A stretch of DNA of 52,966 nucleotides, counting the filler, from Sphacelaria rigidula (Eukaryota): the NCBI GenBank assembly GCA_964200075.2. It is 4 parts of 4 records of this genome, joined end to end, with 100 filler letters (N's around TTAATTAATTAA, not from the genome) between each part and the next. Parts side by side here need not be neighbours in the genome. Positions count along the whole stretch, not along the records: positions 13,268 to 26,434 come from CAXNAA020003101.1; positions 26,535 to 39,701 come from CAXNAA020003102.1; 2 more parts are not named here. One strand, given 5' to 3'. The first letter of the stretch is position 1, and each line of letters opens with the position of its first letter. Positions 23,297 to 37,500 of this stretch are shown here, piece by piece. The notes beneath the pieces were generated by a model. That model worked only from the letters and a program-made list of their open reading frames with translations, did no database searches and was not told the DNA's origin. A program made the position numbers and the translations under genes.

Positions 23297-25439
23297 GTGA
23301 GCGTTAGTGGTTGATCATGCGTCTTTTTTTTCATGTGAGCAAGTTCAGTATCTACCAAGCAGGAAGACTGCTACTTTGGAAAAAGCACCAGCTGCGTAAT
23401 CGCGACAAGCTGAAAGCTGTACAACGTTGCTGACCACTGCACGGCCCATTGATGCAGTGTCAGTGTCAGTGCTATGATGGCTCCATTTGGCAGCGTCTCG
23501 CCGAGGCATCTTCCAACAGGTAGTTACGGTTCCATTCGTTCATTAGCCTCACTAAACTAACTCTTTCGTAAATCATCATTGGCTACGGTATTGACACAGT
23601 ATAGCTGATGCGATTCTGCTCGAGGCCCCGGTACCGTTCAAGAAGTGCTACAAATGCGGGGGAAGTCGACTGATCGCTGTTAAGCCGTTCCAGGCTCGCC
23701 ACCTCGGTTCTACTGGGTCGCACGCACCTAACTCCGGTCTATTGAACCTCTTGGACATTTCTTGCGTTTTTATCCAACCAAAGCAGCCACCAACATAGCG
23801 CCATAGAACAGCCTCCTTGTGAGCTCTCCGCGATACTTTCAAGGGGAAACTTTACCCGTTCTGATCCTATCCTATGTCCTCCTGCGAACAGAGAGTTCCC
23901 CTTTGATGCCTATGATGATATCTAGGTGCTTTTCGAGCGATATAGCGTCACAAGCACAGCTGGACATGTCTATACACGAGATGACGCACGCGTCGACGAT
24001 TGCGGCGCAACGAGTGACTATCAACGAGTTTTGGACGCACAGAACAATATTCCAACACAAGGCGAAGAAACAGGCAACAGTGACCCGTCACCCTACTTAC
24101 TATAAGTGAAGACTCGACAACAACAAAAACTGTTCACAGCAAAGGTGTGCTATTTTATCATTTCATTCAAGATATAATATGTGGGCATTCATATTTGATG
24201 AAAAGCGCGAGACCTGACAGATACGCCTCCTTGATTCGCAGAGTAAACAGATGAGCTGAAGCCAAGAAAAAACGCATTTCATTTTTTTTTTTTGCGGAGT
24301 GAACTGTTTTTTTTTGTTATCCTGTACTCGGAGGCACAAAACGCCGTATCGTCCGGGACACGACCGCACAGTCATAGCAGACCTTGGAGGGGCATGCTAA
24401 AACTTGGGGTACTGGAGGCTCTTTATGTCGACACTTCAAACCGACATGTCGAAGTTTGGACTCGAGCCACTGACTTACACATGCTCACAACGCGTTTTCG
24501 AGCCAACGTCCATTACCCTTGTGATACCTTCTGGAACTCACCCAACATGAGACCTCTCTAAATCTCATACGAATTCGTTCAGCTTTCAACCATTTCCTCT
24601 GGGAACAACGCCACCCCCCCCGCTCCTCCTTGTGTCAGGTTCGTCCATGTTACGTTGAAAATACCACGTTATGGGCCCAAAAATGGCGAACGAAAGTGTA
24701 CCTTAAGTGTCGTCAATTTCAACGCGGCAAGAAAGTGCCCAGGATTACCAAAAATTGTGTCACTCTTGCTTGTAAAAAAACATTATCGAAAGTACATTGC
24801 TTTTTTTCATAGCCGCTGCTGTCTCCACCGACAAGATCAAGGGTGGAAGACATGACAATACCCGGCAGCATTACGGTAATCATAGGACACACAGGAGCAA
24901 TGAGAGCAGTGGCGAGGTTTTTCCGCACTGCTGTGGTTTTGGCGTCAGACCGTTTGTTTGAAGCTATCAACACAGGTCGTGAGAAGTCGCCCGGCAACTT
25001 GTCGTTCTCAAGTATCCACATGACCATGACCACAATGTCACCACTACTATAACCAACAGTGTCTGTGTTTATGTCCTGCCTATTCTGGACGCTAGTCTAC
25101 ACCTGTTGGTATATGTCGGCGCATCAGCCAGGGTTACACAGGTACAACGCACTAATTACAGTAGCTTTGAAATGCCCTGCACAGCCGAAATATATCTGTA
25201 CTGACTCGTAGTGTCTGTACTACAGTAATGTTGACGCCGACGTGGGTTGTTCGAGCGTTTTTTGACGCCTTGACGGATTACCACCGAAGTAAGCCTAGCG
25301 TCCGTCGAGTGGAGTGGGGACTAGACTCGGACCACTGGCTCATGCTCTGGGGTTCCCTGTGGGTGTCGTTAGGCTGCGCAGACATAGCGTGGGACCACAT
25401 CTGTATCGAGAGCTATGAAGTTCTATCCGCACGCGTGAA

Positions 25440-25570
25440 ACCTAGGGCCCATTTTTTTCTTGAGCGAGTGTTTCAGTTTTGATTTTCTTGGGTACGTCTA
25501 TCATGCGACCACGGCTGGATCCATGGTTGGTCAGTTACAGTGCAACAATCAATCAATCCATCCATCAAGC
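25440..25570 (+). mobile_element. Retroposon 3'-end remnant
   Basis: T-rich tract, GACCACGG motif (also at about 30725 in the LINE 3' end) and a CAATCAATCAATC tail. Confidence 0.35.
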
Positions 25571-26434
25571 ATAGAGGCTTGTTCACGCTCATCACCGGGA
25601 ATTCACTCATCTCTGCTATACTTCACGACCTTTTTTAGAGCCAGACTCTGAAACTTTACACATATATGCTACAGATCATTCGGAAGCTTTCGAATTCTGA
25701 AACCTTTCGATTTTTTCAAACTTGGAAGGTTATCGCGGGTCTCAGAAGGGCATGTGACTCCCCAGGGTTCTGGGACCCTCGATTACCGGCGAAATTAGAA
25801 ATGCAAAGACTACACGACTGGCCAGCTGATGGTGTTTTTTATCGGTAATGGGGAGATGCGGTGCCTCATTCGAGGGGTTGGGCGCTCAAATTTGGGCAAG
25901 GCGTTTCCATTATCAACATGCACAATATTTTCGGGATGCCCGGAAAAAAAAATACAGGAAGTTTCATCGATTTGACATTTCAGCAAAAACTGGGAAAATG
26001 TCATAACTCCGTGGAGGAAAAAACGGCGACATCCCCAGAAATGTTGTACGTACTTGCGCGCAGGAAATCCTGGTAACTTTTCGGCTGAAAGCTCCTAAAA
26101 CCGGACCCAGCAAGGAAAAATTTGTGTGACACCCCTCCGCCCCATGTAATATAAATGATACAGGAGACTCCAGCTATGGAGGTCACGAGCTCGAATCCCG
26201 ACAGATCCTCTTCTTTTCGCAGAATCTAATTCCGTCGTTGAGGTTATATCGTTTGCAGTACATTTTTCATTTCCTAGCCGCAGAGCGTGCATTACTAGGT
26301 TGGTCTGCAGTTCACAGCGATATGCTTAAACCGGGCTGATTCGGGAAACCGAAAAGTTGTTGTGTGCTGAGGGAATCTACCATACGTCGGACGAGCCATC
26401 ACTCATCGAGACGAGTGCACTCGTTGATGTTTTT

Positions 26435-26534
26435 NNNNNNNNNNNNNNNNNNNNNNNNNNNNNNNNNNNNNNNNNNNNTTAATTAATTAANNNNNNNNNN
26501 NNNNNNNNNNNNNNNNNNNNNNNNNNNNNNNNNN
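26435..26534. other. Artificial contig linker
   Basis: 44 N + TTAATTAATTAA + 44 N. Confidence 0.97.
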
Positions 26535-27244
26535 CTACTTGACAATTTGGAGCACGTTGAGTCGGCGTGAGACGAACGAAGGTGGAGTTATTCGATGCTT
26601 GAGTGTTCATCCCCCCCCCCCCCCCTGTGCGGACCAGCTCGATTGTATCGCGAGAGATTGCTGCTCTCTTGCTTTACGTCGCCCAGGCGACGTCCATAAC
26701 CTTGGAATAATCAGTATTATTTTACAGAAGACTTGTCGGGTTCATATGTTCGCCAACAAAATACCCATGTTGAAGTCCAATAACGTGTCGGAAAATGTGG
26801 GTAAAAAAATCCATTTGACATGACTGCAATACAATCTGTGTCAAGGAAGCTAGTTTTACTGCTATGTTGTTGTCATGTGCAAAAATCCCCTACAATGCGA
26901 TCCTATTGGAACAGGAAAAATATGCACGTGATGTAGGAATTATAATCAGTCCATTGCAAAAGTTTTGGCGGCATTTCATCCATGTCACCAATGAAACGGT
27001 ACAAAGAAGTTGGACAACCTCACAAATTCCTGGACGTCAGGGAAGAGCTGACCTGGCTTCAGTGCACAGCCCGTATCTAGTACTGGTGGTGCAATGATGC
27101 ACGGAATGTCAAACACGAAGAGGCTGATTTACATCATTCAAAGTAGTACACAAATGACATAAGAACTACCCACCTTATGTGCGACATACAGCAAAATTAT
27201 ACACGGTTAGTGTAAACGAGGCCCACAGAGCTTGCAATTCCAGG

Positions 27245-30200
27245 GGGATGGACGCTGGGACTGGGGTAAGAACAGGAGAGGAGGACTGGAAAATAGTGGG
27301 GGGATACGGCCGGGACTCCCGAGCCAACAACAGCAACGCTACCTCTTGCTACAATTTGCGGGTGACAACAGGCTTGCCGTGATCAACACGTTTTCCTCAC
27401 CCCCGAGAGAGGCACTTCACCCACGTTCAACGGTAGTCCGAGCCGTTCCGCGGACAAAAACGCGCGCACTACATCCTCACACGGCAAGATCACCGCAGGC
27501 TTGCTTGCAATGTCACCGTTCACCTTCCAACCGCCCAACTCGCCGGACCCTGGCCACAACATCGTGTGCGCCTCAGTGCGGCTACGTGGTCGTTCCGCAC
27601 GCAACAGACCTTGGCGAATCCCCACTGGGCGCAAACCGATCGACAGGAGGGCAATACTATCTGACACCGGTAGACTTGAACAGCACACCATCAGCGAGCT
27701 CAAGAAGGGTATAACTGGCGATACAGTCAGTGCATTGGCTTGGAACTTCGCCGACATACCCCTGAGCTCCGCCGACAAGGTGGTGCCCCGCTCGACCCGA
27801 AAGCCAAGTATATCGTGCTGGTTCGAGGATGCTGCCATTCGAATGGACTTCGAACAGGTCTGGGATAAGATCAAAAGGGCGAGGTCGACGGTGCGAATAG
27901 AACCGTGAGAGAACCCCACATGGCGCAACTTGCGAGCAGCGCGCAGGAAACTCAACGAGATGATCTAAGCTGAGGTGAACAGGCACCTGAGTGTGAATGC
28001 GAAGGGACTGGAGGAGTGTATTAGAAATGGGGACATGAGAGAAGGGTACAGGCATTGAAATTACGGTGGAGTCTGACAAGACGAGGGGTAGAGAGCGCGC
28101 AGTAACTTGAAGACGAGGGCGGAACCCTTATGTGGGACCTGTCCAATTTGTGAGAGATGGGAACGGTACCTTTCCACCTTGCTGAATGCCACATCGGTAA
28201 CTTTCGACGAAGCCGTCATCGAAAACGTTCCGCAACAACCAACAGCGTTGTCACTTGGAGACCTACCAAGCCCAAGTGAAAGTTGGATGGTCCTGAGAGC
28301 TATGGCCAGCGGCGAAGCGACGGGCCCGGATGGTCCACCTGCTAAACTCTTCAAGCTGGGTTGGTCTGAAAGCCTTCGCAGATTTTGTACCAATTCCACA
28401 GCATTATCTCTGCGGTGTGGACACCTGGCGAGGTGCCGCAGGAGTGGAAAGACGCCGCCATCAAAGTGCTACAGAAGGGGAACGATAGGACTGAGTGTGG
28501 TTATTACAGGGGTATTTACCCCGTGACACATGCTGGTCAAGTTCTCCTCAAAATCGTAGGCAGCAGGCTCGGTAGTTTCTGTGAGGATGCAGGGATCTTC
28601 CCAGAAGAACAGTAGGGATACCGGCGCCAACGATCGACCGCCGACACTGTTCGCGGTACGCCGACTACAGGAGTTGGGGGGGGGAGCAATGTCCTACTAA
28701 ACATGTGCTTCATTGACCTACAGAAGGCCTAAGATTCCGTAGACCGCACCCTCCGGTGGGAATTGCATGCTCGCTTCGGCGTCTCGACGCGGATGACGAA
28801 AGTCACCCTCATATTTCACGATGGCATGCAAACTCGGGTACAGCTGGATGATGGCGAAATATCATCGTGATTCCACGTTTCCCAGGAACCCAGGCAAGGA
28901 TGCGTTTCGTCCCCGCTATTCTTCAACATCTCCGGCGCAGTCTTGGTCGACATGATTTTACAGCGGTTCGCGGCAGACACAGCCATCGCATGAGACTGGT
29001 TGTATCTAGGTGATCCGCCAATAGGCGACGATGGTGAACCCCTGGAAGAGACGCCATTTGAGAAGGTGTAGCGCGCGGTGTGGGGCATGCTTTTCACAGA
29101 TGACGCCGGCATAGCCGTCAGATCCCCAGACGGGCTTGCTCAAATGATGGCCATCATAGTGGTGGCCTGTCAGAAGTTGGGGTTAGTCAGTACCCAGCTC
29201 CGCAGAGACTGTAATGCACATCAGGGCGGCAGGTCAACGGGATAAGCAAGGAGCCGGATTTGTATACCTTGGTAGTGCTGTCCGCGCGGATCTGAATATT
29301 TCCATCGAAATCACACCCCGCATCAGCGCTGCGTGAGCACGCCTCCGAAAGCACAATTCCCAACTCTACGATCGGCCCAACACCCAGCTACCTCTGAAAG
29401 TCCGACTGCTTGAAGCGGAGGTGACGGAAGCTATGCTGTACGGATGTACAACATGGACGCTGCGTCCCGAAGACTCCGGCAGTCTGCGCGATGCCCACCA
29501 CTAGCGTTCACTGCGATTGGTTGGATTCCGCAGGAAGAGACTAAGCGGCTACAATACTCTTTCGTACAGAGATGTGCCTGAGATGATCAACTGCGGACAT
29601 GTGACCACCCGCAAGCGTCAACTGTGGTTTGCGCGAGCCCTCGTCCGGCGAGACGAAACACGTCTCCCAAGGCGCATCATGTTTGAACAGTTAGCTGCAC
29701 AAGGACCGAAGGAAGCCGGCCGCCGCCCCCAAACACTGGGGAGATTGCCACCAGGAGAACCTGAGTGCATCAGGCGGCCTTCCACGCAGAGGAGCACAAC
29801 GGAAATGGTTCCTCTACGTTGTGGAGGTTGAGGACGCACACGATTGGGTCAGTGCCGCGAAGAATATGGGCAAATGGCATCTTGGAGTCGAGAAAGGTGC
29901 GGAAGAGTTCGAGGAGACGTAGCGACGCGAGAATAACTCCAATCGGACCTCTGCCACAAACGAGAGGCTGCTGCGTCGAGAGCCGCTAATCGGAGAGTCA
30001 CCACCGTTGACACCACAATAGCAACAACTCGCAAGCAATCTAGGACGGAAATGGTCAAGACACTGACCCTCTTTGTACCCTACTAGGAATGAGTGAGGGA
30101 ACCTGGGTTAAGCCGAAAACTGGTGTACCTGTCTTCTATGATCAGTTGTTGACTTTTCCTAAGCCTGTGGCCTTGCCGTGTTCCCTGGTTGTGCTGTTGT

Positions 30201-30817
30201 ACATGCTCTACCGTGTCCTTGGGTTTCATGGTTTCCTTCTTTTCTGTTTTCTCATTTTCTCTTGATCTCTCCCTCGCTGTTTATTTCATCCGTGTTATAT
30301 ACGAGTACACGTAGTAGTTTGGTGCCTTGATTCTGTAGGGCTCATGGGTGAGAGCTCATATCCAGACCGTACGGCCGAAATAGCTGACCTGCAATCTGCT
30401 GCCATGGCCTTATCGTTTTGTTTTGTTTATGGATGCATGTGCTTCTTTGTGCAAAACCGTTTTCACCGGAGACCATGCTGCGGAGGTCGGCCATATCTAG
30501 TTTTATTTCAGTCGTTTTTTGTTGTAGCTCTTACTCACTTTTTTTATAGCTCATATTCATTTTTTTTCTTCCCTTTTCTACTTGATTTGTTCTTGTTCTT
30601 GAACTTATCAGTTTTTTAGTTCACTCAGTTTGTTCGTTACATATTTTTGTTTCTTCCACTTCTCTTTTCCTTCAGCGAGCGGAACCGTTTTTGTTGACCT
30701 TCATCTTCACGACGTTCGTCTTGTGACCACGGTATCAATCATCAATCATCAATCATCAGTAGGTCTCTCGAGGGTTATTACTTGATGCGCGACATTCAAT
30801 CAAATCAAACAAACAAT
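27245..30817 (+). mobile_element. Decayed, 5'-truncated LINE (RTE-like; APE endonuclease + reverse transcriptase)
   Basis: APE remnants (LAVINTF, PDPGHNIVCASVRL); RT motifs [97 protein letters not shown]; many stops and frameshifts; T-rich 3' UTR ending in (ATCAATC)n and CAATCAAATCAAACAAACAA. Confidence 0.9.
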
Positions 30818-31546
30818 AACTTTACTACAGTACTATTTCGCCGTCACTGAATGATTTCATCGGTGGACTCGAGGTAGGATTGGATATGATAGCATGCAAT
30901 TCATTTATTCGGCGAACAAACGTAGCTTTACTCATACACAAGTTTTTATCCGTTATCAGCGCATTTCACACGTCACAGGATCATTTTGTCCACACTTTCA
31001 GAGCTTGTGTACCACTGCATACGCATGCTTTTGCCACGGACATGGCAAGAAGAATCCGTCCAATTTTTGCCCGTGATCCAGATCGTGGCCGATCTCTCAG
31101 TCCATGCACCCATGCACCACACCCCTTACCCTCCCTTTCTCGGCCGTGCTGAAAGATGCCGTGCATGAGCGGAAAAGCACCATGAAGGCAGTAAGTATGA
31201 AGGCCTTTGAAAGCAACTGCGTAATGAATACCGACGTACCGCAACGTACATACTTCTCATAGGTCCCATATAGGCAGGCTTTATGTAGGTCCACCTGCTA
31301 CACCCGCTTGCCAGCAGGCGACGTAAACTTTCCTATATCGCCCTCCGTTGTAGTAGTATTCACAAGACAAGAATCTCACCACGCAACTGGAGCCCATATG
31401 CAGCAGTTAGTTGGTTCTGGTAAGATTGAACCGCGGAGCACAACGGAGTTATACTGAACCATGTCTGCTCATGGGTCAAAGTCCACCACACGAGCATTGC
31501 TCAACAGTTTTTGATGAGCCCCATGTTCTCATGGTTATTTTTGCAG

Positions 31547-34500
31547 CTACGCGTTCGGCCTCTTCTCCGACACGCTCAAGGACAACCTCGGCTTCTCTCA
31601 AAGTGACGTCGACATCATTGCTAGCGTTGGAGAGCTTGGCTTGTGGTCCACTTTCCTCGTAGGTGCGTTTGAAATATTGAAACTCCCATCTTGCATGCGA
31701 AACTAGACTTCCAAGTACGCCGCGTTGTTGCCGAGGCGTTGTGGATCACGTATTCCGAACTCACCACACCCTGAACAAATGATTATATTGTCAAAAAATG
31801 TACTGCATACAGTATGGAATATATTTTCTGTTGAAATACGTGCAACAGTCGATACTGAGTGCAGTACACTTCTTGACTGTGTATTATTTTGTCCAGGGTA
31901 TGGAACTTGACGAATAAGGAGGTTCACGTTGGATGCCCGCCTTCCTGGTCGCTGTAGCTCTCGCCGTTCAGAATGATTGTCAAATTGAACTACAAAAGGG
32001 TACGTGAGAACTGGAGAGTTATTTGGCGGCTTCTTCCTACGCACAACAAACCAGTGATGTACGATATTCGGCGGACGCCAACGACCGACTCGAGCCATGG
32101 TCTATTTACATGATATTGCACAACGAACACGATACTGCCTCGCTTGCTTGTTGAAGCACCCTGCCCACGCCGAAGAGAAGCACCCGTGTGTTTATCTCCT
32201 ACATTTCTATGTTGGAATCAGCAGGATATAGTTTGGACTGTAAAGTGATTCTACTGCATGTGGAGTTCGCTTGCTCGTCGGATTATAACCAAATTACCCT
32301 TGACCTCCTGTGCTTGCTTGCGTGGGAGTTTGCAGGTTTGATGCTTGAACGCGTTAGTCCACGTCGAGTGTACTTCATCGGTAGCATATGTACAGCTCTT
32401 GGCTTGGGATACGTGTCGTTGGCGATAGGGAAGGTGAGGCGGTCGTTCTCGCGTCGTGATACAGGTTGTGTAGACAAACCTTCTGGAAGCCTCGCCAGAA
32501 ATTGAACCTACAAAATTATGTGGCGAGGGTGCAAGGTCGGAAGGAGCTGGCATTCTGGCAGGGCGAAAGCTTGGAGAAGAAGACAGTCACCACCTGTTCC
32601 TCCCCCCCTCCGTACTCCCCACTTGCGTCTCACTTGGCTCCCGCCCTACTGTCGTACAATAGTCCGTGGAATTAACTACATTTGCATTGACGCGTAGGAC
32701 CATGTCTAATCGACGCTGTACCGTGCTTACAGTTGATTCTTTCGGGTGTAAATGATGGTTTGGAGTGCATGTTCGTCGGTGAAGCCTCTTAGTCGCTAGC
32801 TGCATCACCCGTGCTGATTCATTCCAGTGCCGTCCATGATCATTGGATCGTGCCTGACTGCTGAGGTGGTTCATGCTGTGCGGGTCCAAGATTTTGCCTT
32901 GGATACATGCACAATGTCATCACCTGTTGGTTACACAGCAAGGAGGCCTTTCCAGTCAATTTTCATACTTGAGAGCTGTTCTCTGCTTGACCCCAGCGAG
33001 AGAGTGTTCGCCAATATTTTCACACACACACACACATCGCCGACATATGTGGCACTCTTTCCCCGTCCGCTTCCTCGGAACGAGTCCGTAATCCTACGGG
33101 ACCAATCCATCTCTCCCCCGGTACAAAAAAAAAGTTTCTTTGCCACTCGTGTCCCCGCATCTTGAACGAGGGACAATAGATATTTGTCACAAGAAGAAAA
33201 AACACGTGCGTCTGGCGGGATTCAAAACCCCACTCTATCGGCATAACCCAATTCATTTGTTTCAGTGGCGCCAGTTGGGCCACCTAGGTGCGGTGACTCG
33301 CACAGCTAATGTTCTTGAACTGTAACAACTATGCTAGGCGACATTGACATAAACGCACAAATGGAATCTCGTGTACAAACTACGCAGCAGTATAACCGAA
33401 TGCCCATGATTACTACACGTGAGCAGCAGTCGCCTTCCGGCTCGACCACCGCGAAACATTGTTGATCTTGACATATTTGGGCATTTTGCCGACATTCTCT
33501 CAGGATCCCTGCCAATCGATGTCACCCTCCTCTTGAATTGCGTTGTTCATTGGTGGCCTGGCCGTCCTTTGTGAACAACACTCTGGTCTGGTATTGCTGA
33601 AGTCTGTCTCACTTGCTTGTACGTTGCTTCACCCCAACCCCCCCTGCTCGTGCTCTGGGCGTGGGAACCAAAATGGCCGTGTGCAGTTCTTACCTACAAA
33701 TCCAGCATCTATGGCAATCATGTTCTTCGTGGCCAACTTCGGCACGGCATGTTATGCGCAGGCTGCTACGATGCTAGCGGTTCGAAATTTCCCTTCAGCT
33801 GACCGTGGCAAGGTGAGCAGAGCAGTCGCTGTGATGCCTCATGTGCGTTTTCTGGGGACTATTAATCGGAGATATGTTGCCCGTAAATTGCAGCCAAATA
33901 CTTGCCAACAATGGTTCGGTATCTGCACCGTTATCTGAGAGCAGATGGTAGCGATGGATTTTCCCTGAAGAAAGTCGGTGTCGATGATAATTTTTATTGG
34001 AGGGATTTTGCGAGGTTCGCTGTAAATCGGCTGTGCGTGTGATGCGCCCGTGCTTGCATTCAGAATTGCTGAGGATATTCTCGTCCGCTAGGGCTACAAT
34101 GCAACTCCACCGCAACTTTGGTCAACAGCTCATGTGATGATTCCCCCCATTTTCCCCACCGCTGCCACAGGTTGCTGGACTGATCAAGTGTGTTTTCGGT
34201 CTGAGCAGTGGCATTCTTGGGGTGCTTTATGCCGGGCTGTTCAAGTCACAAATGGTCGGAAGATTTCTGCTCATGCTAAGCATGGGGGTTCCCCTGTTGG
34301 GAGTTTTGACGTCCATTCCGCTGAACTTGGTTCCTGCGAAGCACCTGTCGTATGCCATGGAACGTGCGCAAGGGGTGAGTGCTCGCTGAGCCTGTTCGGA
34401 CGTACACGCACCATCTGGTGGATACTATCATTCACGATATTGATGTGCCCCCATTTGTAACGCAAGTACCATCCTAGCTGTTCCTGTTCAACATGGCTCT

Positions 34501-37500
34501 GAAATCGTCTCTCGAGCACTTGCCACACTCCATCCCAAGCCTTCATACGCTGTGCCCGCTGGCTGATATTGCAGATATTGGTGGTAGTCTACATGTGAGT
34601 TGACGTGTTTGTAGCGTCGCCGTACCTTCCTGTGCCGCTTTTGACATCACGTTGAGGCGTTTTTTTAGTTAGCCTGCTTTGTTTTGTCCAGGGTGTCGTA
34701 TCCGAGCAGTGAGACTTGAATTGAAGAAAGTGAAAGCGGTTCTGACTCTGCATACAAGACGAATTATTTGCACTCTGCTGCGTGGTACTCATATCCTCTT
34801 GGTATGTTCTTAGGCTTGAGGTGGCACGGCCGGGGAAACGATAGGCGGCAGCAAGGAACGCGTCATTAGCATTGTCTATCATCTACAGTAAAACATTTTC
34901 GACGCACCTCGTGTATTCAATGCAGGATTCATCTAGCCTTCAGGTGGAATGTGGAAGAACGCATTTCGATGGCTGTGGGGCTTCAGTGGATGTTCGTTCG
35001 CACGTCGCTCGCGTCATTTCCTTGAAAAACAATTTTATCATGCTGGCGCCTCTATCGTACGGTTACACTTGTGTGCAATCTTGGAGGGTAACTGCGAGAC
35101 TAACCATGAGACATATATTGATTGCCTGCTCTGAGCTAGCACTGATATGGACAAGCTTCTTCCGCTTATTCTTTCAAGGTATCGCCCCGCATGGCTCCTT
35201 TCTACATTTGGTTCGCGGTCATCATTTTGGTACTGGTGGCCGCTATGCTAGCGGGAGCTTTCCCTGTGTCCTTGCCAGTTCCATGGACTGGGGTTATCAT
35301 CGTGACGTTGGTGTTGGCGGTTCTTGGTCTGCCCATGCTATACGGCCGAATATATGTCCGAGATGGCGTCCTTGGATGTGGCCCAGGAGACTTTTCTGTA
35401 CACGGCAGTAGCGATGGGCATGTGGAGGATGATACCAACTTCGCGAACGACAGCAGTGAAGGCTTGAGGCTAGAAGATGACCTCCTCGAAGGCGAAGCGT
35501 TTCCCCTGTTGCGGGCTCCGGGCAACGTGGGTGACTGCCGCACGCTGGATCTGGCGTGCTCGAACATGACATGGAGGCAGTGCATACAGGTGGGTACATG
35601 GTTTTGTTACGAGGTATACGACTGGGACATCACGTTGAGAGAGCAGACAAGTTCGTGAACCGGTGCTGGATTATCACATAATGACTGCTGTGATGCTCAT
35701 GCCCCAAAGCCCACCGTTGCACCGTCGTCGCGCAGGACGGCAGATTTTGGGCGCTGTATGTCGCCTTCCTGTGCGGGGCTGGGTCGGGCCTGATCGTCAT
35801 TAACAATGTTGCCAGCTTGGCCGACACACTGGGCATGGCATCGAGCAACATGTTGGTGAGTGCAATCTACACCACACATAATGAACTACATCATGATTGA
35901 CCCACTTCCTCATTCTTCACGAGTCAATCACGCTATTCGTTCAAGAATGGTGAATTGAACATGTTTTGCTCTCGTGATTCGTGCGGTATGGTCCTGGCCT
36001 GTGCTTGTCCACTCGCCATTCGTACGCACGACTGACTCTCCTTCACATTTCTCCCAACCGTCATGTGCGCGGCATGAGCCTTTACTTGTATATCATTTTC
36101 AAGAGTTGTAGTTCGTCCCGCACGGCTCTCTTGCACACGTTTCTCGCCGCTTATTCAAACGGCACGACTCCTTGGCACATTCTGACAAGCTGTGATTCGA
36201 ATGACAAGGCGCGAGACGTGCCGCATGGGCCGTGTGCTGCAACATATGTCAAAAGGCCTGTGACATGGATAATGATACCAATATCCATGAAACAGTCAAT
36301 GGTGACGGGTGAAAAGGAAGTTTAGTCGCGCACACACTTCACACTTACACGTTGACTTATATACACTATCGTATGCGAGATGCGTTGTGCTATGCAACGC
36401 AGATGAATAGGTTTCTACAGGAGGACGGAACTAGCCGTGAAGAGCGGTGTGAGGTTTATGTGTGGTGTGTGAAAGAGATCATGGTGCGTTGGAGCTTTTA
36501 TGGCTCATCAATTTTCTTGTGCAAATTTCCTGGGAACACATTTTGAATCTTCCGGAAAACAGCGTTCAGAATTGAAACGCTGACAGATCCATGTAGATGA
36601 GAGCAGATACGGTACTTGTTGCACATTTAACACCAGCGCAGGATGCGCTCTCTACCGGTCGCGACCATAAGCACAGAGCAAAACTACCGCACGACCACCT
36701 TGCACGGTTGCATTGGGTGTTGCATCACATGGTTGGAGTGCTCTGTGCTGCTCATGCAGGAAGTGTAGAATCACCGCGAGAGCGATATGAGCACCTCTGC
36801 GAAGAGCCGCTCGCTGCAGTAGTTAGGTGCAATGATCTTTCCGTATGATTCACGGCGCGATCTTCAGGCTATCTCAACTACCAGTTGCGTGACTTTTTGT
36901 CAATCACATCAGTTCGACCTTTCTGACTCGCGGTCAACTTGCGCCATTTTCTCAAAAACAGCGGTGTACCTCCTTGCTCCGTGTACAGTGACACGACGTG
37001 ATCGACTTCAGTTCCAGAGGTGTGTGTGTGTGTGTGTGTGAATATGTGTAGCAACCTAATTACTTGGATCTGGAGTACCTTCCCCTTTCATCCCCCTCCC
37101 ACTCCCCCACGCCAAATTTTTTCAAGATGGGTATTATTTTCCCAAACTCCAAACGAAACTGCTTAATTTTCGCTGCGAACCTTGCCATTATGGTCGTGCT
37201 TGAATGTTCTTCGCTGCCCTTCTAGGTAACGGCTCTTGGACTCTCAAATGCACTCGGGAGACTGAGTGCAGGATGGACGTCAGATCGTGTCGTGAGCGCT
37301 GGCTTCCCCAGGGCCATTCTCTTCTGCACGATGCTTCTCGCGACGTGTGGTGTAGACTTCCTGCTTGCGGCCGGGTAAGAATGTCTTGAAGGAATGAACT
37401 ACTTATTAATAGTTGAAGAAGTATTGCTACTTCCTGGTATGCTCTGTTCTGTATGCTGTGTTTTGCACGTCTGTGTTTTGCACGTCACGGCAGATGTTCA

